Below are positions 27,763-39,800 of a stretch of DNA of 64,000 nucleotides, piece after piece. The stretch comes from Dipteris shenzhenensis (taxonomy: Eukaryota), in assembly GCA_047967505.1 (NCBI GenBank), contig CM106538.1; one strand, 5' to 3'. The notes beneath the pieces were generated by a model that did no database searches, was not told where the DNA came from, and saw only the letters and a list, made by a program, of their open reading frames with translations. The position numbers and the translations under genes are program-made. Numbering within the stretch: position 1 is the stretch's first letter; each line of letters begins with the position of its first letter.

Positions 27763-29980
27763 ATTTAACCCTAACCCTAAATGGGTTTGTATATTTTCTA
27801 TTTTTTCAACTAAATCTAGTGTACAGTTAGTCATTTGTGGTGTGCTCTCTAGATGTGCCCTCTCTCCTCATCTCCACTCTTCTCCTCTCCCCTCCTCAAA
27901 TTTTGTCACCTGTAATGTCCCAACCCTACCAACACTAAGAACCATGGAGAAGAGGTTGGCCGAAGTGGTACCCTACAATAGAAAAATCCATCGAGGAGGG
28001 GTGCCACTCAATAGAATCAAAGATCCACAACTGGCAAAAGCAGCTCGGGTCATTACACTACTAGCACAAATCCAATTGACAGAGCACCATTCTGTCATCC
28101 TCCCAAACCTCCTACTGCGATTATACAAGCCGAAGACCACTAACTAAGTAGACTTCTTTTACAAGGAGATCATTAGCATCTGTCAACATGGCGAGAAGAT
28201 CGATAATGCAATGTTCTTGATGCCCATCATCCATCACCTTTCTGCTAACCCCATCCCAGAAGGCTAAGGAAATATGGATAGACGTCAGATTATTAGCAAC
28301 GCCATCCACCTGATCGATGCCAACAAACAAAAGAAGGGAAGAAGGCAGTCAAAATGGCCCAAGAAGCAAAAGTAGCCAAGAAGCTCCAAGAGGAGGCAGT
28401 AGCCAGAAAGCTCAAAGCGAAAGAAGAGGCCCAAAAACAAAGGGAGGAAACAGAGAAACGGGAGCGAGACCTCCTAAGGCAACAAGAGGAGCAAGAAAAA
28501 CTCTAGGTAGAGAACAAGCAAAAGAAGGCGAAAGAAGCACAGCAAGCTATGAGCGAGAACACTGGCTCAAGCAACCAATAGGTCCTAATGAGAAGATCAC
28601 CAATTTTGACCCAAGATACTTAAGAGCCTAACCCCTTGCCATCTACTTAGCAACAAGGAATAGCAAACCCCTCTCTAGGCCCCCTTCATCCCAAGTGTTT
28701 GTACCAACAGGCAATGGAGTACTGTACATTGACTTCATACAACTCCACTGAGGGGTTCAGGGATTTGATACAACATGATCAAAATCTTGATATAAAGGAG
28801 CTGGCCTTCCTATAGTCGATCGATGCTCTCATGGTCGCATCACAAATATCCTGTTGTGATATAAGGAGGCCTTCAGACTACAACACCAAGAGACACTCCA
28901 AACCTTCTGCTAGCTCAAGAAGTCAACAGCCACACTCCAAAAAGAGCATCTAGAATGCTTGGTGGTGGAAGCCTCAGTACTCCAGGTGATTGAAATTGGA
29001 TGCCGATATAGATATCCTCACCCTTTGCTACCACCCCATCCTCTACAATTTTATGGCATGGTGCAAGGTGCTTAAAGACTCGGCCAACTATCTCATGGCA
29101 GTGCCACTATTAGAACTAGTAAAACCCTGAAGCTCTAGAAGACCAATCCTGCCATCCCAACATAATCCAGCACAGTCTAGAGTGGATGTAGGCGTGTAGT
29201 CACAATGAAGCTGAGTACATCTTCCACTACTTATTTCGGGTAGCAAGCAAAAGATACCCACCACCTAGAATTAGTGTTATGTATAATAATATCATGCAAG
29301 CATTACAAGATATGCTTCAGACTGGCATTAGCTAGTTTGATGACTCATATGTAGCTTACCCCATGGAAGTCCATGACCATGATATGGACTTAGTCTGGGA
29401 TCTTTTTTCCTTTGCACCACCGCCACCACCACCACCACCGCCCTCACACCCAGACACATCACTAGGCATAGGCACAAGCTCCATCATAATAGGCACTCAC
29501 CCAAGCATGGCCACCACCTCACAGCCATCCACTTCACAGCATGAAGCCGAGACCATGCAAAAGTAGCCTGTCGATGGACAAGAACAACAAGACATGGGAA
29601 CAAAGCATTGGTATAATATTCTCAAACCCATGCTCTTGTTAGAAATTGAAGGGTCCTATGAAGAGGAGCCAAAGGAAGAAGTGGCATAGCAACCACCAAA
29701 ACAATAGGACCAATCGCGCAAGGCTCCACCCCAACCACAACACTTGGTATGAAGCCATCACATCATTCTGGTTGGTCAAGGATGTGGCTGATGTCAACAA
29801 ATAAAAAGGGAAGCTACAGAGCTTTCATATCTCTATGAAAGATATTCTAGAGGTGCGAGGCCTCAGTAAATGTTCTCTGTGCCAACATGGACTTAGGTAG
29901 AACAAAATGTGTGTGTAGAGTAGCAAGAAAGCTCCGCTTGTACTTGCATAAGGCTAGAAATAATCCCTCTTAGAAATCCA

Positions 29981-30543
29981 ACATGCAAGTTCTACATGCG
30001 AGTTCTACATGCAACTCCTACATGCGAGTTCTACATGCGATTTCTACATGCAACTCTTATATGCAAGTCCTACATGCGAGTCCTACATGCGAGTTCTACA
30101 TGGCACTCCTACATGCGAGTCCTACATGCGAGTTCTACATGCAACTCCTACATGCGAGTCCTACATGCGAGTTCTACATGCAACTCCTACATGCGAGTCC
30201 TACATGCGAGTTCTACATGCAACTCCTACATGCAAGTCCTACATGCGAGTTCTACATGCAACTCCTACATGCGAGTTCTACATGCAACTCCTACATGCAA
30301 GTCCTACATGCGAGTTCTCTATGCAACTCCTACATGTGAGTCCTACATGCGAGTTCTACATGCAACTCGTACATGCGAGTCCTACATGCGAGTTCTACAT
30401 GCAACTCCTACACGTGAGTCCTACATGCAAGTTCTACATGCAACTCCTACATGCAACTCCTACATGCGAGTTCTAAATGCGACTCCTACATGCAACTCCT
30501 ACATGCGAGTTCTACATGTGACTCCTACATGCAACTCCTACAT
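29981..30543. repeat. 13-bp tandem minisatellite (~43 units)
   Basis: Units CATGCGAGTTCTA, CATGCAACTCCTA and CATGCGAGTCCTA often form a 39-bp trimer. Confidence 0.95.
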
Positions 30544-31193
30544 CTTCTGACTGCTTCAAGTTTGCCACCTGCAGGTACACATTCTCCGGCTCCTCTTCTT
30601 TGCCGAAATACTCAATCATCGCTGCTATCAACCTTGGCCAGCTTTAGCGAACGTCTTCAGCCTGCTTCTCATACCACACTTGAGCCAAACCCTCTAGAAA
30701 AGTGGAAAGAACCAACAGTCATCTGTCTTCAGTAAGAAAGTTGAGAGAAACACAGCGGCGCTTGAAGGCCACAAGATACTCATTTGGATTTTCTTCAACC
30801 CATCCACAAAACATGGGAATGTTAGCCATGCTTGGAAAATGGAAAAGAGAGATGAAATGAGGCTTATCTATGGGCAAACAATGAAAAGAGGTAGCTTGAA
30901 CTGAAAATCAGGTGAAGATACATCCACAAAGCACACATAGGCAGGGTAGGGTGTGACTGGTGTATTGTGAAATACTACTCGAGAAGAATTTTCAGCATAG
31001 AATAGCTCATAGACAATCTTAAAAGGACCAACCCTCATGATATTGTAGCCATCTTTACAAGCGAGGGTTAGAGACCTGGCGCTGCATGAGGTTCATTAAG
31101 GCAAACAAGAATGCCATGACAAATGTCAATAGTTGGAGAGCTTGCACATCACCTTCAGCTCCTTCCAGTTCTTGTAGTTGCCATGCTATTTCT

Positions 31194-31394
31194 CTAAGGG
31201 GTGTGCGGTCTGGCATCCTTCTTTTGAGCAATGTCCTTGAGGACCTTTCTGATGATCTTTCGAAGTCCGTAAACTCGTATCAAGTATGCCCAACACTTAG
31301 TTTCATGATGACCACAACATTTGCATTCCTTACAAATGATCACCCTCCTTCATGGCTTGCAGCTTTGTTGGGGTGGTGCTTCCACTCGTGTCAT
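31194..31394 (-). pseudogene. Small CCHC zinc-knuckle protein with one internal stop
   Basis: MTRVEAPPQQSCKP*RRVIICKECKCCGHHETKCWAY... has exact CX2CX4HX4C spacing at 31334-31293. The TGA at 31352-31350 could derive from CGA. Confidence 0.5.
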
Positions 31395-31794
31395 GCGTGA
31401 TTGAAGTACAAGCTTCACGTGCTAAGAAATCAGCAACTATATTTTGAGCTCGAGGGATATGCTGAATTTTTACCTCTTCAAATTGGTTGCAAAGTTCCAA
31501 TGCTTGTTGATGTCGTGGAACCAAGCCTTTGCTCCGCACCTTCCACCTTCCACTAACTTGTTCACACACTAGTTGAGAATCTCCTTGCATCTCAAGTTGC
31601 TTGACATGATGTTCTTGTGCCTTTTGTAGCCCAAAAATGAGCGCCGAGTACTCAACTTGGTTGCAAGTACTTGCAGGTTCAAACTTGCTATAACAATACT
31701 CCTCACCACCCGGTGAAGTGAGCTTCACACCCACGCCATCAGCCTTGGTCGAAGGTTTGTAAGCTCCATCAAATTGAAGGATCCAAGATGTCAT
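31330..31794 (-). CDS. Ribonuclease HI, archaeal/RVT_3 (aRH) type, 154 aa, stand-alone ORF
   Basis: MTSWILQFDGA...NQVEYSALIFGL...GDSQLVCEQVSGRWKV...HIPRAQNIVADFLA contains all four acidic catalytic positions (D, E, D, D) in an uninterrupted frame. Confidence 0.88.
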   Translation of the reverse strand: MTSWILQFDGAYKPSTKADGVGVKLTSPGGEEYCYSKFEPASTCNQVEYSALIFGLQKAQEHHVKQLEMQGDSQLVCEQVSGRWKVRSKGLVPRHQQALELCNQFEEVKIQHIPRAQNIVADFLAREACTSITHDTSGSTTPTKLQAMKEGDHL

Positions 31795-32018
31795 CACACC
31801 AAGACTAAAATCCGGACATCCCAAGTTTCTCGGTAGTCCAAGATAGGTAGAAGGAGAGGGTGGGGAGAATTCAATACTTGAGCCAAACATTCAGCACCAA
31901 GTAAACTCGCAATCCTTTGTTGATAGTTTATCTTTAGACCAAAAAGAATTACAACTTGAAGCTCAAAATGAGGCACAAAGGGTTGATTACGTACAAAGGG
32001 ATTCCTTGGTTGAAACAT
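31794..32018 (-). CDS. 74-aa hypothetical ORF overlapping both neighbours by 1 nt
   Basis: Its ATG overlaps the upstream TAA (TAATG, 32020-32016). Its TGA overlaps the RNase H ATG (TGATG, 31796-31792). Confidence 0.5.
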   Translation of the reverse strand: MFQPRNPFVRNQPFVPHFELQVVILFGLKINYQQRIASLLGAECLAQVLNSPHPLLLPILDYRETWDVRILVLV

Positions 32019-32458
32019 TACCAACCATAGCTGAGCCCTAGAAACCTTTGTAGTGAGATTGATAATAAACCATTCAAGATGTGCTTATCCACAAGAATTA
32101 ATAAGCAGATGCGCCAAATCTCCTCCCAAGCATGGGGAGCATCCCATTCTTCGAAGAAGGACACCCTTTTAGTTACCTCCGAAGTAGCAAGTAGCTCGAT
32201 CATCGCACAATGAGTAGAATTAAAATCAAAGTTCTCCCAACGTATCACTAGTTCTTCACTTTGAATCATCCACGGTGTATCATCCCACCCGTCGTCTCCT
32301 TGAATAATGCACTGGACAATCAGCTGTTGAAGGTCGACATGAAGATCAAGAAAGAGATCTCGCCAATTGGTAGCCGTAATGAGTGGAGGACCAGGCACCA
32401 AATCCTTAAACTCGTCGAGAAGTGACATAAATATCCACCCTCCTCGTGTGGCGTGCAT
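32018..32458 (-). CDS. 146-aa hypothetical protein
   Basis: Open ATG-initiated frame, acidic and Trp-rich, about 85 bp downstream of CTATAAAAAG. No domain was recognised. Confidence 0.5.
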   Translation of the reverse strand: MHATRGGWIFMSLLDEFKDLVPGPPLITATNWRDLFLDLHVDLQQLIVQCIIQGDDGWDDTPWMIQSEELVIRWENFDFNSTHCAMIELLATSEVTKRVSFFEEWDAPHAWEEIWRICLLILVDKHILNGLLSISLQRFLGLSYGW

Positions 32459-35400
32459 CCATGAAGTGAACTTGGAAAAGTTCCGAATCGATGATCTAGT
32501 AGGAGATGTGAATAGAGCACATGAAATGAAATACTTTTGCTTTTTATAGCAAGAGGAAACTCCCCATGGTTAGAGAGTTACAGTTCCCGAGATTTCAATA
32601 TATAAGCAAAAATCATTACATTTTCATCACTTCCTACTTGTTGGCCCAATGATAAGTCTCCCTTTTATGAAGGGGGAGGTCTTGGATGCACGCAAGTGTA
32701 CATAGTGGACACGTGAATGCATGCGCAAGAGCTCAGAGGGAGCACCGATGTTGCAGTTCTGCAGATGCGATCGGTACGAGCAGAAGATTCGCTAGCCAAA
32801 ATACACGTAGGGACCGCAAGCAGAAAGCAGGCCGACTGGAAGCGTAGAAGTAGGGAGGTTTTGCAGCCGTAGAGACAAGGAAGGCACGTAGTTTGGAGGT
32901 GCAAAAGTAGAGAATTGCACACAAAAGAGGCCGCAGAGCCACACCTAGTTGTAGGAGTAACAAATTTTACACCACTAGCTGTGGAGATTTCGATCCCAGC
33001 AAGAGGAAAGGAGAACGTGAGGGCAAAACGTTATCATGGGAGGGGAAAAGGGATTATAAGGGGAGGGAATGAAGAGGGAGACTATGGCACAAGGGGAAAG
33101 GGAGAGGGGGAGGAGAAGCATGTACATGATGGGAAGAGGAATGTAGAGATGGAGACATCAAGGGAAGAGGGTCATGCTTTATTTGAAAGGAAGGATGGGG
33201 GAAATATCAAAGTACTAGCTAGGTGGCTTTACAAGAATGAGCATGTCTCATCAAGGAAGCCCCCTCCTTTTATAGCCAAGAGAGGGGGTCTCTCCCAATA
33301 AATGCATCCTCCCACATGCATGGTGTGTGTGGAAAAGTCTCCCATGTGGGCTAGGCGGTTACGCACTCTCAATTGTGTGCGACAACCCTTTGCCTCATTT
33401 TTCCACATAAATCAAGCCCCATATCTCAAGTCTGTGATACTCCCTTGGTCTCTCCCCAATTTTATAATACATTCAAACCTCTAGGAGGACAAGTGGAGGG
33501 TTGGCATAAGGAATCTTGCCACGTCATCCTACTTTCCCCATTATTTAACTTGCTCTCTTGGACCTTCTATACCTCCCCCACATGGGCCTGTCCTACATGG
33601 AGGGAATAACCCAATATAATATCCATCTCCACCTATTTTATATTACTTCTCCCATGGACTTTGGGCCATATCTCACTAAATTCAGCCTAGGTGGAGGGGT
33701 GGCACATGGAGGAGCCATGCCACCTTACATTTTATAATATGACTACCATGGATTATGTACATCACACCTTATGGGTCCTCTTACATGGAAGGGTGGCACA
33801 TGGTCATGCCCTGCCACCTCAACCCTGGGCCCTATGCACACCATATTTTATTATACTATTGCCACACATACAAACACACACACATATTTATGCCTTTTTA
33901 CTTTGGTCAAATTTATCCATAACACCACACAATCACCTTTCTACCATCAACAGTCTCATCAATAGACCTCATCTAACATGCAAGTTAGGATCCATCCAGT
34001 GTCCTGAGCTCACACATGGCTTCTCCTCAAATGGGGGCCTTACAACTTGAGCACCTTGGACCACTGGTGGTTACTAGGAGGGTGGGGCATTGAGCATATT
34101 TAACACTCTCATCTACACATAACATATTTAAATTGAAAATCGAGCTTGGGTCAATTTCAAAACTCTAAAAACATGCGCTTAGTAGCATCATGGTTCAAAC
34201 TCTCCCGTGTACCACATCTTTAATTAAGAATTGAATTGGGGCCAACTTTAAGACTTTTGCTCTATCTTATTATTGCCACTATGGCTCACATAATCTCACA
34301 TCATTTTTTTCAATTTCAAACATGATTAGTAGTTAGGGGATGTCAAAGAATTTAAGACCATAAAGAAAAATGGTTGGAGTGGTTTGATATAGTACTAGAG
34401 AGGAAAGAGGATATTGGTGATAGGGGATACCATGTTTAAGTTCCATTGTGAAGAAATAGGTTGACTTATTGAGGTCAAGGTTCCATTTGACACTTACAAT
34501 GTTGAGGTGATGGTAGAAAGATTGGACAAAAAAATAGATCTACTTAGGAATTTAGATTGGAAATAAGGACAATAAATTTTAGAATGGTATGAATTTGAAA
34601 TTAGGTATAGAGAGCTAGATGCTATGGCATTGATACTATCCATTTGGGTGGGAAATCACCTTCAGTATTGATGTTGAAGTGTTTTCAGGTAGGTAAGCGG
34701 TATGTTCAAAGAGCACAGAGCAATGATGTGGTATTAAGGCTAGTAATGGACTTTTCAAGAGCAGTATGATTAAAGAGCACAGAGCAATGATGGAGTGTTA
34801 GGCTAGTAATGGAATTTTATTAATCACATCGTTTGGATGTTCACAATCACAAAAAGAAAGGTTGAGCTGACCATTCATTTGTCTAGTTGCTCATTGTAGG
34901 GATATTGTACCATTTTCTTAGAGGCTTGGCACTAGGCAAAAGAGGATATCCACAAAGGAATATCTGAGGATAGACCCTTAGATATAGAGCCATCGACATC
35001 AAAAGGTAGAATATGAGTAGAATATTCTCGATAACAAAAGATCAAACCTTCTCATCTTGGTAGAGGTGGCAAGAATTGCTTGACAACCTATGTACAACTA
35101 TCTTATTACTTACTATCTTATTAGTTAATGCATTTCATTTGATGTATTTTCTTTTATGTATCTTGTCATTTAATTATGCTTATGCACATAATACAAAATT
35201 TCTCTTTGACAAGCTTGAGAGCAAGGGAGTAGACCTTGATTGAGATGCAATTACATATGAGATAAGCTTTTGGATACTCTTTCTTTCATAGTATAACTAG
35301 CTTGTTTTAAATTATATAATGTTGGCATACTTCATAAACTTTCACATTTGCATAAAACTCAACCTAGGTGATCCGCTCAGGAGACGACAAGGGATTTGGA

Positions 35401-35750
35401 GCAAGCAAGAGATTAGAGCCAATTAAAAATATGTAGTCAGCACAAGGATGAGATAGGTTCATCCTTTGAGAGAAATGTTGATTGAGGAGACTGATGTAGA
35501 TCTCTCTTTTTGTTGTATATAGTATGAGGTTGTATATCCTTTTTGGGATTTCTTGTTGTTGCTTCATTCATATCCCAATGAGGCACTTTTTTTACACATA
35601 CCTTTGAGCATTACATGTTCATGGCACCCCTTCAAAAGGACATTTTTGTAATCCATTTGCAATATATGCTCATGCCCCTTTGAAGGAGTTATTCATTTGA
35701 GTATGATTTCTAGGCATATGCCTGCCAATTCTATGACTTGTGTTTATTTG

Positions 35751-36355
35751 TTTTCTTTTTTATTTTTATATCCCATCACATCCTTGATAACTTGTTGTTC
35801 TACACAAATTGTTATTCTATGTTTTCTAAATACCTTTTTGAATAATAAATAAAGGAAATATTTAGAACCCAGGTCGATTTGTAAAAGGAATCTTGTGAGG
35901 GACAATTCAAAAGTCCTTCAAAAACATGAACAACTAAAACTTCCCATAGCCTCTTTTAGCGGGCTGGGTATTTTGAATCTAAAGGCTCCTACAACTATAG
36001 GGTGAACAGAGGAGCTTAATAGTGTCGACTGAGATCATTGTCAATACAAACATTTTCTTTTTTATTTTTATATCCCATCACATCCTTGATAACTTGTTGT
36101 TCTACACAAATTGTAATTGTACGTTTTCTAAATACCTTTTTGAATAATAAATAAAGAAAATATTTAGAACCCATGTCGATTTGTAAAAGAAATCTTGTGA
36201 GGGACAAATTCAAAAGTCCTTCAAAAACATGAACAACTAAAACTTCCCATAACCTCTTTTAGCAGGCTGGGTATTTTGAATCTAAAGGCCCCTACAACTA
36301 TAGGGTGAAGAGAGGAGCTTAATAGTGTCGACTGAAATCATTGTCAATACAAACA
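35751..36355. repeat. Tandem duplication, ~302-bp unit x2
   Basis: TATTTTTATATCCCATCACATCC... at 35761 and 36063, nearly identical. Confidence 0.9.
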
Positions 36356-36872
36356 TAATCTATGAACATTCATAATTTTGTATATAGAGAGAAAATTCAA
36401 TGCAATACCTATAAAATAATCAATTGTAATTTAATTGTAGTTTAATGAAATTAAAACTATTGGCAACGATGAAGGATTTGTAGCTAATTTTTCCATAGAT
36501 TATTAGAAATACACTACTACAAAAGGATCCTATTGCGACGTTTACGTACCGATGTTTAGCACGCACGGGGTGCTAATCGTCGGTATGAAAAGTGCGTCTC
36601 GTAAAGCGTCGCTATATAGCAACGTTAGATAAACGTCGCTATATAGCGACTATTACAAAAGTCGCTATATAGCGACACTAAGATACTATTTTATAGCGAC
36701 ATTTTCCAGAGAGGTTTTTTACTCATATAGACCTTAAAAGTTAGTTTTTTCCAATGACAAATTTTTTTTAATTTTCATACATGTTTGATCTCATAGAGAA
36801 TAAAAATATGAGAGCATGTACATCAAGCCTTTGAAGCTCATATATTCATGTCCAAGTTTGAGATTAAAAAAA

Positions 36873-39800
36873 TCAATTAAGAGCATTTACATCAACTGTT
36901 TCATCTTGAGCCAAGTCTAAGGTGCCAAACAAGTCTATCTCCAACTCTATACCGAGTTGATCTCCTATATCATCATTGTACTCTAGCATCGTACGTTCAC
37001 CTAAAAGTACTTGATCATCTTCTTCAATAAAGTGTGGCGATTCTTGATGATCGTTGTCTTCTTTCTCAATATCATGATCTCCATCTTCCTCCCATGTGAT
37101 GTCATTATGCGCATCTTCCTCTTGGCTCATATTGTGATCTCCATCTTCTTCGACGCTAGATTCATCGGGACAATTGGATCCGGCATTGGTAGTGGCATCT
37201 CCATATCCACATCTCTATCTTTAAAAATTTGCTTACTTCGTGGTGCAACTTGGATCACGTACCACCATCTTGGATCAGAACGATCCAGATGAAAAACCAC
37301 CTATATTGAAGATGGGTGCCAAATGTCATCAATTATATATATGAAATTATGCTCAAGTACATGTATCAATGGATCTTTAAAAACAAAAGCTTCGATTAAT
37401 TAAATCATTAGTATGCACCTGCTCACAGTGCTCGAGAAGAACAAAAGTATCACTTTCATGGGTCCAATGTTTGGTGGAGTCTATTGCAAAGAAACCGCTA
37501 CTATCTTTTCTCACTATCGCATGGGGACCATTATAAATAGTTCTAAACCATTTTACATCAAGAATGAAAATACTAAATCGTCTGAAATCAACTTCATAGA
37601 TGTCGCATATGGTTCCACAATAATCCAACTGTGAGGAGAGAAGATTGGTATCTGAAGCACTTGCTCAGCTATCTTGTGTGAAGTTAGCCATGACTCCACA
37701 ATCATATGTGACTCTCTTTGAATCGATGCGTTCCACGTGAAAATGTCGTCCATATGACCATAATGCACTGTACTTTTTGTACAGTAAAAGAGCATCATTA
37801 AAACAATGAAGATGCATCTATTTTATAGCGTATATTGCCACAAATAATTACTTAATTACGTCAAGAGGTAAGAAACTTACATGCACCATACATCCAGATG
37901 ATAACTCTCTCTCGCGCTCGTTTATTGTCTCTCCATCGTGTTCGGCTTTACGTAGAGCCAGTTGTAGCCAATCAAGTGACATGTGAGTGGGGAGAAGAGC
38001 CCGATCCCATGGATATGGTTGTGATCGCCTGTACATTACTTTGAATCTCGTCCTTGCATTTATTCTTTCTACTTTGGCCACTTCATATCTCTCAATCCAC
38101 TTCTACATCTCAGGGCTATTGAGGATACAAAACTTATTGAATTTCTCCATTTGCTCTTCGCTCATCTTTCTTTCAATCCCTTTTCCTTGAGGAGCCTCAC
38201 CAACGATGCGATCATCATCCTTGTTATGCTAAGCTTGCAGCATATCGGGATCCATGGATGCAAGAAACTCTGTGATATATACTAATGACTCTTGCACAAG
38301 CCATCCCTCTGCCATGCTTGCTTCTGGTCTTGCTCTTTGTCTTACAAATCCCTTTAAAGTTTTCATAAACCGCTCGAGAAAAAACATCCATCAACTATGA
38401 ATGGTACTTGCAATAGCCACCTCATCAACTGTGCACAAGCAAGTGGACTTGAGTTGTCATAATGCTCGAGGGAAAGTGCTTCTCAAGCAAGCATACGGCT
38501 TCGATGGATTCCACCCTAGCCTTCTCGATGCTTGATATGGAGATCTCTTTTTGAGGTCCATGTAAGATATTTTTATAATCAGTCTACAGATTAATAAGCT
38601 TAAATTGAAGAAAATGCAATCAATGCGATTTGATAGTAAGCATACCTCACAATACCACAGATCTTGAATATAGCATTTCCAACATCTTCTTGTAAGCACC
38701 CTTTTATTGTAATTGGGAGGATGAACTATCAAAGCAACAAAGAAGTCATGTCAACAATATAACATAATCGTAATTACACTAACGCATCACGATTATCGGT
38801 ACACTAATTCTACTTAGAATACCCGTAAGACCTTGTGCCAATCATGGGACTTGAGCCCACTAAGGTTATTGTCCTTTGAAAATGCTCCTTTCAAGCAATG
38901 CATGTACCCTGTCGGTGTTTGAAAAGAGGCAATGTCTGCCTTGATCGCTGCCTCCTCCCTCGTAGAGAGGATCCACGTTGCTTTCGGGAGGACAACTTTT
39001 CCCGAAGCATGCACTTGGGGCCACAAACGAGACATCCTATTCATAGCACGCAAGTCTTCTCGCACTCCTCTCGAGTCTTTGGAACCAACCAAGTGTGCCC
39101 AAATAGTAGCCCCCACATTCTTGAAGATATGCATGGGATCCAAGAGATGATTGATTTGTAAATGACCCCAATAAGGAAGCTCGTGAAAGATCGATAGCCT
39201 CTTCATACCAAGAGGAGGTTCCTCTCCATTCACCCTCCAAGCTTGAATCCAGTCACTTGCCTTCAAATATGACAGTGGTGGATCAACCTGACCTCCACAT
39301 GCGAGATGGTCGAGCGGAAGGTATCGAGCATGATCTTCATAAACATTTTTCCCCTACACGCGTGCATGAATGTGTTAGTATAAGACATGCATGCGAAAGA
39401 GAGTCATAAAAGCATAATCCCTCATTATACATGTAGAGACACAACCACGTACCTGCGCACTCTCCATATCCTAGGTAGTCATGCATGGTCCACATCAAGA
39501 TACCCCTGACCAAAATATCATTAGTATGTCTAGGAGCTCTGGAAATATGAAAGACCTGCACTCCTCTCCATAATATCTGTAACTCCTCTATCAAAGGTGC
39601 CATGTACACGTCCATATTTTTTGTCTTGTACTTTCCTGGCACAAGTAGTGCAAGAATGAGGTGTCCCTTTTTTATTGTTAGCCATGGTGGGATATTGTAA
39701 TTCACCACGACTATGGGCCATGTCGACCAGGATGTCGAGCATAACCCGAAAGGATTCACGCCATCCATGGCGAGCCCAAAATGTAAGTTGCATGGCTCCC

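Larger units (their letters stand above)
22420..27908 (+). mobile_element. Ty1/Copia LTR retrotransposon, internally deleted (lacks RT, RNase H and the 5' part of the 3' LTR)
   Basis: 5' LTR TG...CA at 22420-22676 and partial 3' LTR at ~27766-27908. TSD CCTGT at 22415-22419 and 27909-27913. Decayed gag, protease and integrase lie inside. Confidence 0.93.
21980..28631 (+). pseudogene. Decayed ORF of an older retroelement, split by the Copia insertion (21980-22419 plus 27914-28631)
   Basis: Coding-like text runs across the TSD (...RQVAEFVASS...ETI..AFDLP|VMSQP...). It loosely resembles retrotransposon accessory ORFs, but the family is only inferred. Confidence 0.4.
29947..34044 (-). mobile_element. 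4.1-kb insertion with LTR-like ends (possible giant solo LTR) carrying an ORF cassette
   Basis: ACTTG at 29942-29946 and 34045-34049. The minus-strand start is TGTAAGGCCCCC and the other end is CATAAGGC (6 of 8 match to the inverted repeat). Minus-strand TATA boxes lie near 33270 and 32545. Confidence 0.7.

Noticed and set aside
29983-30550. Repetitive ORFs (MQLLHASPTCEFY)n
   Set aside because: They are a by-product of the 13-bp repeat; the same peptide cycles through all three frames.
31330-31794. Bacterial or archaeal contamination explaining the RNase H cassette
   Set aside because: It is embedded in plant repeats between matching 5-bp duplications, has TATA-type promoters and shows no clear Shine-Dalgarno pattern. 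Ancient horizontal origin of the domain is not excluded.
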